Positions 1 to 9,420 of a stretch of 23,101 nt of DNA are shown in pieces (position 1 is the first letter of the stretch; each line of letters begins with the position of its first letter). Both the position numbers and the translations under genes were made by a program. Under the pieces are notes generated by a model, which searched no databases, was not told the origin of the DNA, and saw only the letters and a program-made list of their open reading frames with translations. The stretch covers positions 1 through 23,101 of the forward strand of contig JBCCXZ010000059.1 in the NCBI GenBank assembly GCA_039190745.1, read 5' to 3'. The stretch comes from Planctomycetota bacterium (GTDB lineage: Bacteria; Planctomycetota; Planctomycetia; Pirellulales; Lacipirellulaceae).

Positions 1-1
1 C

Positions 2-889
2 CTGCTCAAGACCGACGTCCGCGACCTCTTCAAGAGCGAGGGGCGGCTGATCGACGACGGGTTCCTGGACGAGATGCGCGGCATCTTGTTCAAGACCGAC
101 ATGGGTTACGACTCGGTCGAGGCGATCGTCGACGAGGTGGCCACCAAGATGCGAGGCCGGGTGGTGACGCTGGAAGACGTGGTCGCCACGTGGCGTGAGA
201 AGCTGGCCGACCTGCTGAAGCAGGAGTTGGCGCCGATCCGGTTCGCCGACTCCGGCCCGACGGTCATCATGGTCTGCGGCGTGAACGGGGCGGGCAAGAC
301 CACGTCGATCGCCAAGCTGGCTCACCTGCTGAAGTCCGAGGGTAAGAGCGTTGTGCTGGGGGCCGGGGACACATTCCGTGCAGCCGCGGTCGAGCAGCTT
401 ACAGTCTGGTCGCAGCGGTTGGGCGTCGACATCGTCACCGGCGAGCAGGGCGCCCACCCCGCTTCGGTGGCCTACCGGGCCGTGGAGCGGAGCATCGCCA
501 CCGGGGCCGATGCGTGCATCGTCGACACCGCCGGCCGGCTGCAGACACAGAAGAACCTGATGGCGGAGCTAACCAAGATCCAGGATTCGATCCGGAAGCA
601 GATCCCCGAAGCGCCGCACGAGGTGCTGCTCGTGCTGGACGCCACAACCGGGCAGAACGGCGTGTCTCAGGCGACCAACTTCACCGATGCGGTGGACTGC
701 ACCGGGATTGTGCTCGCGAAGCTCGACGGCACCGCCAAGGGGGGCGTGGTGGTGGCCATTCGCCAGCAGGTGGGGCTGCCCGTGAAGTACGTCGGCCTGG
801 GCGAGCAGCCCGAAGACTGGGCCCTCTTCGACGCAGAGCAGTTCGTCGAGGCCTTGTTCGCCGAGGTTGGCGCGACCCCCGCGGCTTGA
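2..889 (+). CDS. ftsY: Signal recognition particle receptor FtsY (5' end outside window)
   Basis: Frame open from position 2. SRP GTPase motifs GVNGAGKTTSIAKLA, DTFRAAA, DTAGR, DATTGQN, KLDGTAKGG. Confidence 0.97.
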   Translation: MLKTDVRDLFKSEGRLIDDGFLDEMRGILFKTDMGYDSVEAIVDEVATKMRGRVVTLEDVVATWREKLADLLKQELAPIRFADSGPTVIMVCGVNGAGKTTSIAKLAHLLKSEGKSVVLGAGDTFRAAAVEQLTVWSQRLGVDIVTGEQGAHPASVAYRAVERSIATGADACIVDTAGRLQTQKNLMAELTKIQDSIRKQIPEAPHEVLLVLDATTGQNGVSQATNFTDAVDCTGIVLAKLDGTAKGGVVVAIRQQVGLPVKYVGLGEQPEDWALFDAEQFVEALFAEVGATPAA

Positions 890-1112
890 TCGACCTTTCT
901 TTGTCGGTCTCCGCCCCCTGTCTCCGCGCTCTGTTCGCTGCGTCTCACCCAGCCTGCCCAGAAGCGCGACAGCGCCTGACGGCATCGCGGGCAATGAGCT
1001 AGCTACCCGCCGCACCTAGAGACAAACAGTTCCCACAAAACTTTTGCTTTTTGGGCGGAATTCACAGAGTTTTCATGCATTTTCATGGCTCTGCGCACGG
1101 CCTTGTCTAATT

Positions 1113-1130
1113 CAGGCACGCACTTTGCTT
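1113..1130 (+). promoter_or_regulatory. Sigma54 (RpoN) -24/-12 promoter of amtB
   Basis: CAGGCACGCACTTTGCTT: GG at 1115-1116 and GC at 1127-1128, exactly 10 nt apart, close to the consensus TGGCACGNNNNTTGCW. It lies upstream of an ammonium transporter, a classic RpoN target. Predicted start site about 1140. Confidence 0.8.
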
Positions 1131-1144
1131 TGAGCGTGTTTGCC

Positions 1145-1289
1145 CTGCGTGGATTAGCCACTCCGGCGCTATGCCACTCCGGCACAGTGCCACCCCGGCA
1201 CGCCACGCAGCGATGGTGAATTTCAGGCCTTCCTAGGCCGCCCAACTTGACTGCTGGCGGACAAGTCGAGGCACCGCAGCAGGTTGGGT
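1145..1289 (+). promoter_or_regulatory. Structured 5' leader of amtB (candidate cis-regulatory RNA)
   Basis: Stem CTGCGTGG (1145-1152)/CCACGCAG (1203-1210) encloses three GCCACYCCGGC units. Hairpin GGCCT-TCCT-AGGCC at 1226-1239. Stem CCCAACTTG-A-CTGC/GCAG-CAGGTTGGG at 1241-1288. Confidence 0.5.
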
Positions 1290-1324
1290 CAAATCCCTTC
1301 TGACAACACAATGAGGGCGAAGAG

Positions 1325-2782
1325 ATGTTGTGTACTCTGCAAAAGCAGGGCTGGTTGATGCTCTTGATGGCGACGTGCTTGTCGCTGACCGCGACTACGG
1401 CGTTGCCGAACGTTACGTTCGCACAGGAAGAAGAGGCCGCCGCCGAAGAGGCTCCGGCCGAGGAAGCCGCAGAAGAAGCGGCTGAGGAAGAAGCTGAGCC
1501 GATCGACTACGCCGATCTCCGCTGGGAGATGGGCTGGACGATCAACACGCTTGTAATGTTCATCTGCGCGGTACTGGTCATCTTCATGCAGGCGGGCTTC
1601 GCCATGCTGGAAGTTGGCTTGAACACCTCGAAAAACACGGTGAACATCCTCTTTAAGAACGTCATGGACCTTTCGGTCGGCGTGCTGCTCTATCTCTTCG
1701 TGGGCTGGGGCATCATGTACAGCGGCACCGACAGCCCGTATTTCGGGTACGACGGCCCCTGGGTCAGCCGCGATGCACAGATGGCTGATGACGGCAGCTG
1801 GGAAGCTGCTCCGAACGACGCCGATGGTTCGCCTTACGCTTCATCGGGCGCCGACTTCCTGTTCCAGGTCGCGTTCGCCGCGACCGCCGCGACGATTGTC
1901 TCGGGTGCGGTTGCCGGCCGGATGCAGTTCAAGGCTTACCTTGTCTACTCCGCAGTCCTTACCGGCCTGATCTACCCGATCAGCGGCTTCTGGAAATGGG
2001 GCGGAGGGTTCCTCGATCAGCAAGGCTTCCAAGACTTTGCGGGTTCGGTCGTTGTGCACGCGGTCGGCGGTTTCGCCGGGCTTGCGGGTGCGATTGTTCT
2101 CGGCCCGCGCTTGGGACGTTACGTCAACGGCAAGAGCGTGCCGATCCCTGGCCACAACATTGCCTTCGCAGCACTCGGCGTGTTCATCCTCTGGGTCGGG
2201 TGGTACGGGTTTAACCCCGGCAGCCAGTTGACCTACGATGGCTTTGTAAACGCTGAAGCGACGACGTACATCGCTCTGACTACCACGATCTCGGCTGCGG
2301 CCGGCGCCGTAGCGGCGATGGTGTTTGCCTGGGTGCTCTTCGGCAAGCCGGACGTGACGATGGCGCTCAACGGGGCCCTCGCAGGTTTGGTGGCCATCAC
2401 GGCCAACTGCGACCGCGTGAGCCAGCCCGAGTCGCTCATTATCGGCTTGATCGGCGGCGTGCTTGTCGTGATCGGCATCATGCTGCTGGACAAGATGCAA
2501 ATCGACGACCCGGTGGGTGCCTGGCCCGTCCACGGCCTCTGCGGCGTGTGGGGCGGTTTGGCCACGGGTATCTTCGGCGACCTGCCGGACGGTATCGAGT
2601 CGCAGGGAGACTTCTTCTTCGTGCAGCTCAAGGCCACCGTCATCATCTGTGTGTGGGCGTTCGTCACGATGTTCATCCTGTTCGCTGTGCTGAAGGCCGC
2701 CGGGATTCTCCGGGTGTCTGAGGCCGAAGAGCAGCAAGGCTTGGACATCAGCGAGCACGGCATGCAGGCCTACGGAGGCTGA
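1325..2782 (+). CDS. amtB: Ammonium transporter AmtB with signal peptide and acidic Glu/Ala-rich N-terminal linker
   Basis: Amt motifs FMQAGFAMLE, FQVAFAATAATIVSGAVA, DFAGSVVVH, WYGFNPGS, DDPVGAWPVHG (twin His) and C-terminal EEQQGLDISEHG. Confidence 0.97.
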   Translation: MLCTLQKQGWLMLLMATCLSLTATTALPNVTFAQEEEAAAEEAPAEEAAEEAAEEEAEPIDYADLRWEMGWTINTLVMFICAVLVIFMQAGFAMLEVGLNTSKNTVNILFKNVMDLSVGVLLYLFVGWGIMYSGTDSPYFGYDGPWVSRDAQMADDGSWEAAPNDADGSPYASSGADFLFQVAFAATAATIVSGAVAGRMQFKAYLVYSAVLTGLIYPISGFWKWGGGFLDQQGFQDFAGSVVVHAVGGFAGLAGAIVLGPRLGRYVNGKSVPIPGHNIAFAALGVFILWVGWYGFNPGSQLTYDGFVNAEATTYIALTTTISAAAGAVAAMVFAWVLFGKPDVTMALNGALAGLVAITANCDRVSQPESLIIGLIGGVLVVIGIMLLDKMQIDDPVGAWPVHGLCGVWGGLATGIFGDLPDGIESQGDFFFVQLKATVIICVWAFVTMFILFAVLKAAGILRVSEAEEQQGLDISEHGMQAYGG

Positions 2783-2793
2783 TTATTAGGAGT

Positions 2794-2854
2794 GTGACCG
2801 CCCCCCGTGTGCCGGACCGCCACCTACCGGCACGCGGCGGGGCGTTACTTTAAC
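2794..2854 (+). terminator. Strong hairpin after amtB; possible leaky terminator or mRNA-stabilising stem
   Basis: GTGAC(C)GCCCC-CCGTGTGCCGG / loop ACCGCCACCTA / CCGGCACGCGG(C)GGGGC-GTTAC, followed by only a short T-rich tail (TTTAAC). Confidence 0.45.
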
Positions 2855-2898
2855 TCTGGTTCATTGAACGCGATTCCTTGAACGGACGTTCTTTAACA
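2844..2898 (+). repeat. Four degenerate boxA-like direct repeats, period 14-15 nt
   Basis: GTTACTTTAAC (2844), GTTCATTGAAC (2859), ATTCCTTGAAC (2873), GTTCTTTAACA (2888). The last matches the boxA consensus GYTCTTTAANA. Confidence 0.5.
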
Positions 2899-2910
2899 AA
2901 CTAGATGTGT

Positions 2911-3499
2911 TCGACTCTTGCCTGGGTCGGAATGTAGTCCCACTGGCTTGGTCACGCCCCGCCGCCTAGGCGTGGCCAAGCCGGGACTGCATTATCCAGG
3001 TCGCTACCAGATCCAGGTCGCTACCGAGAGTCGATCGGCCCGGCGGCGTCGGGCGAGACAGGCCGCCAGCGTTGTGCCGCGTGTTAAACACCCTGGGGCC
3101 GCTTCTGCTGTGCTTCTGGACCCACGCCGTGCGATCCGCCGCTGCTTGTTCACGAGACCAACCGGATGCTTCCTCCAGAAGCTGCACCTAAGAGCTGGCT
3201 TCACGCGGGTTTCAGCCGCGGACGATCGAAGGCCGTCATCCACGGCGTTCTACCGTGCGGGAATGGCGGCGGTCGGCCGCTGCGAAACCCGGTTCCCCGT
3301 CCAGAAGGGTACCCCAATGGCTTGGGAAGCGCTTATCCGCCTAGGTGCTCCCAAGCCGGGGTATCTTTCGCTTACTAGCCGGCGGGCGATCGCATAGGTC
3401 AGCGACTGCCCGCGCGGCCTCGTCGGCACTCCGGCTGGGCATTCTCCTCCGCCGTGGGTTGCCGTATCATAAAGCTTTGGACGCGACGGCACGGCGGAG
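2911..3499 (+). ncRNA. Candidate large structured RNA or mRNA spacer between amtB and glnK
   Basis: At least six long stems (2911-3034, 3077-3208, 3207-3290, 3304-3369, 3378-3418, 3447-3499). Many mismatches are G-U compatible on the + strand. No credible CDS. Confidence 0.5.
2994..3025 (+). repeat. Exact 15-bp tandem duplication
   Basis: ATCCAGGTCGCTACC at 2994-3008 and 3011-3025, separated by AG. Confidence 0.9.
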
Positions 3500-3531
3500 C
3501 AGGCGTCCGGTCTCTTACTCCCTAGAACGCG

Positions 3532-3879
3532 ATGAAACTCATCATTGCCGTCATCCAGCCCAGCAAGCTGGAAGAAGTGAAGGCGGCGCTATCCGAAGTC
3601 GAGGTCGTCCGGCTGACGATCATGGACGTGCAGGGCTTCGGCCGCCAGAAGGGCCAGACCGAGGTCTACCGCGGCCGGGAGATCTCGGTGAACCTGCTGC
3701 GGAAGGTGCAGCTGCAAATCGCGGTGAACGACGAGTTCGTGGAGCCGACCGTCAGCGCCATCATCCAGGGCGGCCGCACGGGCGACTCCGGCCAGATCGG
3801 CGACGGCAAGATTTTTGTGCTGCCGCTGGATGATTGCATCCGCATCCGCACGGGTGAGCGCGGGCCGGAGGCGATCTAG
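3532..3879 (+). CDS. glnK: P-II family nitrogen regulatory protein (GlnK-like)
   Basis: PII motifs GFGRQKG, YRG, IGDGKIFV, IRIRTGE; next to amtB. Confidence 0.95.
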   Translation: MKLIIAVIQPSKLEEVKAALSEVEVVRLTIMDVQGFGRQKGQTEVYRGREISVNLLRKVQLQIAVNDEFVEPTVSAIIQGGRTGDSGQIGDGKIFVLPLDDCIRIRTGERGPEAI

Positions 3880-3955
3880 TTCTTGTATCGAATGCCAGGC
3901 TCTGCTCTGTCTTGGCTATCCACTGCATCGGCCCGTGAAGCCAGACTACTCGGTG

Positions 3956-4441
3956 TCACGATCTTGGTGGATGCACGTGGATCGTGTGCTCGTCACCACC
4001 GGCGCCGTGCATGATGGTATTGTGGAGCAGCTGTGGTTCATCTGAGGTGAAGTCAAACCTGAGTATCTCAGAACACTCTTCGTTAAACGGCAGCAAGTTT
4101 GCGACGATCAGTTCTCTGTGCGGCTCCTCGTTCGGAAGGCTCGTTTGAACAAAGCAGCTAAAGCTCTCACCATTATTCCACAGGTGATAGAATCGGCTCT
4201 GTTTTGCTCCCCTGTTCTTGTCTTCAGCGATATGACGGACGAACTCGAGTTCGGAAGCGTCAACGCGAAGGTACTCAAATGAATGGGTGTGCTGAGAGAC
4301 GCTGTCTATCTCCCAGACCGCGTCTTGCTCATCTGGATCGGCCCAGAAGTAATCCCTTGGCTCTAGCACTACTTCCTTCCATAGCGTCTCCCGAAGCAAT
4401 CGGTAACTGATTCTGATCGAGATGGAGTTTCGGGTTGCCAT
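3956..4441 (-). CDS. Hypothetical protein (161 aa), no family recognised
   Basis: ATG-started ORF with globular, acidic composition. It sits in a segment visibly lower in GC than the flanking genes, where a long ORF is less likely by chance. Confidence 0.6.
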   Translation of the reverse strand: MATRNSISIRISYRLLRETLWKEVVLEPRDYFWADPDEQDAVWEIDSVSQHTHSFEYLRVDASELEFVRHIAEDKNRGAKQSRFYHLWNNGESFSCFVQTSLPNEEPHRELIVANLLPFNEECSEILRFDFTSDEPQLLHNTIMHGAGGDEHTIHVHPPRS

Positions 4442-4590
4442 CTATTGGATGCTCCGTCGCTGGGATGGCTTTGGAGATGTTCTCGGGTGAACCGCTCGCC
4501 GCTTATCTTGCCGTTGAAAGAAGCGACTCACTAGCTATGAAGCCAGTTTCGACCAGGCGGTATCCGTCACGGGCACACACTTCGAAAAAC

Positions 4591-4944
4591 TTAATCGAAG
4601 TAGACTGCCGCCTCATCGCGGGTGAGTGCCCACAGCGTGTAGACGCCGATGGCGGTGCCAATGGGAAAACCAATCAGCTCGAACACGCCGAGGATAAGGA
4701 CGAGGATCCGGGCCCAGCCGAAGCGTTTGTAGAGCCCGATGCCGCCGATGATGGCGGGCACCGACCAGATGCCGATCAGCCCGGCAATGATGGGGCCGAC
4801 GATCGAGGTGACGCTGATCGCCCTGGGGTCGCCCGAAATCAATCCGCCGCCCACGATCGCAACTAGTACCAAAACAGCCGGGATCAGACCAAGCAGGCCG
4901 AGCCCGATGTAGATGATGCTGAGGACCGTGATGTGCGATTCCAC
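4591..4944 (-). CDS. Small membrane protein (about 3-4 hydrophobic helices), hypothetical
   Basis: GTG start with GAGGA upstream; hydrophobic segments with WARIL and FPIGTAIGVY motifs; 28 bp downstream of atpC on the same strand. Confidence 0.8.
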   Translation of the reverse strand: MESHITVLSIIYIGLGLLGLIPAVLVLVAIVGGGLISGDPRAISVTSIVGPIIAGLIGIWSVPAIIGGIGLYKRFGWARILVLILGVFELIGFPIGTAIGVYTLWALTRDEAAVYFD

Positions 4945-4972
4945 GTCTGAGTCCTCGCTTACAGGCTACGTT

Positions 4973-5374
4973 CTACGCTTTCGTTGCGACCCGGAGCTGG
5001 GCCCTGGCACGGGAGACGGTTCGTTCTTTGATGGCCAGCTCTTCGGGCCCGGCGGCCTTCACCGCCGCGGCGCTGCGGAGCTTCTCTTCTGCCGCAGGCT
5101 TGTCGATGTCGGTGGCCGGAATGGCCTGGTTCGTGAGCACCGAGACCACATTGTCCGCCACCTGTGCGAAACCACCGTCGACGTAGTAACGCTTCGAACC
5201 GCCGGCGCTGCGTAGCCGGAGCTCGCCGAAGCCGAGCCGGCCGATCATGGGGCTGTGGCCCAGGGCAACGCCCAACTCACCGTCGAACAACGGCAGGGCG
5301 ATAAACTCGGCCTCTTGATCGAGAACGGTTTCCTCGGGCGTGACGACCACGCAGCGTAGTTGTGTCTCAGGCAT
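4973..5374 (-). CDS. atpC: ATP synthase F1 epsilon subunit
   Basis: VVTPE, GELGVALGHSP, VDGGFAQV; C-terminal helices; position in operon. Confidence 0.95.
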   Translation of the reverse strand: MPETQLRCVVVTPEETVLDQEAEFIALPLFDGELGVALGHSPMIGRLGFGELRLRSAGGSKRYYVDGGFAQVADNVVSVLTNQAIPATDIDKPAAEEKLRSAAAVKAAGPEELAIKERTVSRARAQLRVATKA

Positions 5375-5380
5375 GGCTGG

Positions 5381-6874
<1,494 letters not shown>

Positions 6875-6884
6875 TCAACAGTTG

Positions 6885-7757
6885 TTAGTTGAGGGCCTCG
6901 ACGCCGCCTATGAGGTCCATCAGCTCCGAGGTGATCCGGCCCTGGCGGGCGCGGTTGTATTGCATGCTGAGGTGCTTGATCAGGTCGCTGGCGTTTTCGG
7001 TCGCGCTCTTCATGGCGACCATCCGGGCGATCTGCTCGCTGACCGCCGAGTCGAGGAAGCACTTGAAGAGCTTGACCTTGAAGCTCGTGGGCACGACCTC
7101 TTCGAGAATGCTCTCCGGCGAGGGGAGGAACTCGTACTGCGATTGACCGCCCTCGGCGTCGTCTTCGACATCGAGTGAGCCGAGCGGCAGCAGCGTCTCG
7201 ACCGCCACCGACTGCCGGGCGGCGTTCTCGAACTGCATGTACACGACGTCTAGCCGATCGAGTTTGCCTGTGGCGTAGTCGTCGAGGTAGCGGCTGGCGA
7301 TGAGGTCGACCTCGGCGAACGACGGCTTGTCTTCGAAGTGCGTGAACGACTCGTCGGGCTCGTGGCCGCGGAATTTGAATCCGCCGATGCCTCGTTTGCC
7401 CGCGACCTCCAGCCGGCAGTTGGGGACTTCGGCTTGGAGGGTTTCCCACTGCTTGAGGCCGGCGCGGGTGAGGTTGCCGTTGAAGCCGCCGCAGAGGCCG
7501 CGGTTGGCCGTCAGCACCAGCAGGGTGGCGTTCTCAGTCTCTTCGCGTTCCTCGAGCAGCGGGTGACTCACCTCGAGGCCCGTTTTGGTGAGGTCGGCCA
7601 CGAGCTGTGTGATGCGGTCGGTGTACGCCGTGGCCGCGCTCGCGCGGTCCATGGCTTTCTTGAACCGCGCAGTGGCGATCAGCTCCATCGTCCGCGTGAT
7701 CTTGCGGATGTTCTTGATGGACTTGCGTCGTTTGTCGAGGGCTCTGGGGTTGGCCAT
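6885..7757 (-). CDS. atpG: ATP synthase F1 gamma subunit
   Basis: KITRTMELIA, RGLCGGFN, SEQIARMVAMKSATENA, YNRARQGRITSEL. Confidence 0.98.
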   Translation of the reverse strand: MANPRALDKRRKSIKNIRKITRTMELIATARFKKAMDRASAATAYTDRITQLVADLTKTGLEVSHPLLEEREETENATLLVLTANRGLCGGFNGNLTRAGLKQWETLQAEVPNCRLEVAGKRGIGGFKFRGHEPDESFTHFEDKPSFAEVDLIASRYLDDYATGKLDRLDVVYMQFENAARQSVAVETLLPLGSLDVEDDAEGGQSQYEFLPSPESILEEVVPTSFKVKLFKCFLDSAVSEQIARMVAMKSATENASDLIKHLSMQYNRARQGRITSELMDLIGGVEALN

Positions 7758-7803
7758 CGGGGCTCGTTAGGCTTCGGCTGTTGGGCTTATGGCTGGCGCG
7801 GGC

Positions 7804-9345
<1,542 letters not shown>

Positions 9346-9351
9346 GTCGCG

Positions 9352-9401
9352 TGGTTCGGTGTGGGTTGGTTGCGTTGAGTTGTGTTGAGCTGTGTTCTGT
9401 T
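9352..9401 (-). repeat. Ten degenerate AACNN pentamers in the atpH-atpA spacer
   Basis: mRNA sense reads AACAG AACAC AGCTC AACAC AACTC AACGC AACCA ACCCA CACCG AACCA, then CGCGAC ATG. Confidence 0.7.
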
Positions 9402-9420
9402 GGACTGGCGGCGCGGCGGG

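Noticed and set aside
1157..1199. ANTAR or CsrA target hairpins
   Set aside because: Loops are 5 nt and lack the ANTAR A1/G4 hexaloop. GGA loops appear only on the antisense strand, with no evidence of transcription there.
1841..2758. 305-aa ORF antisense to amtB
   Set aside because: Same shadow-ORF effect opposite a well-supported gene.
2905..2937. 10-codon ORF MCSTLAWVGM after the boxA-like repeats
   Set aside because: No SD and no regulatory codon run; not distinguishable from chance.
2918..3397. 159-aa ORF (TTG start) and other ORFs in the amtB-glnK gap
   Set aside because: No RBS, Arg/Pro/Ala-rich composition typical of translated GC-rich non-coding DNA; hairpins explain the sequence better.
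3442..3470. Separate sigma70 promoter for glnK (TTCTCC-N17-TATCAT)
   Set aside because: The -35 is poor, so it is not called, but it cannot be excluded without start-site mapping.
2794..3499. CRISPR array, integron attC array or tRNA/tmRNA/RNase P/SRP RNA as explanation of the gap
   Set aside because: No identical repeats with regular spacers, no cas or integrase gene, no attC R-box pairs seen, and no hallmark motifs of those RNAs recognised by eye. An Rfam search is still needed.
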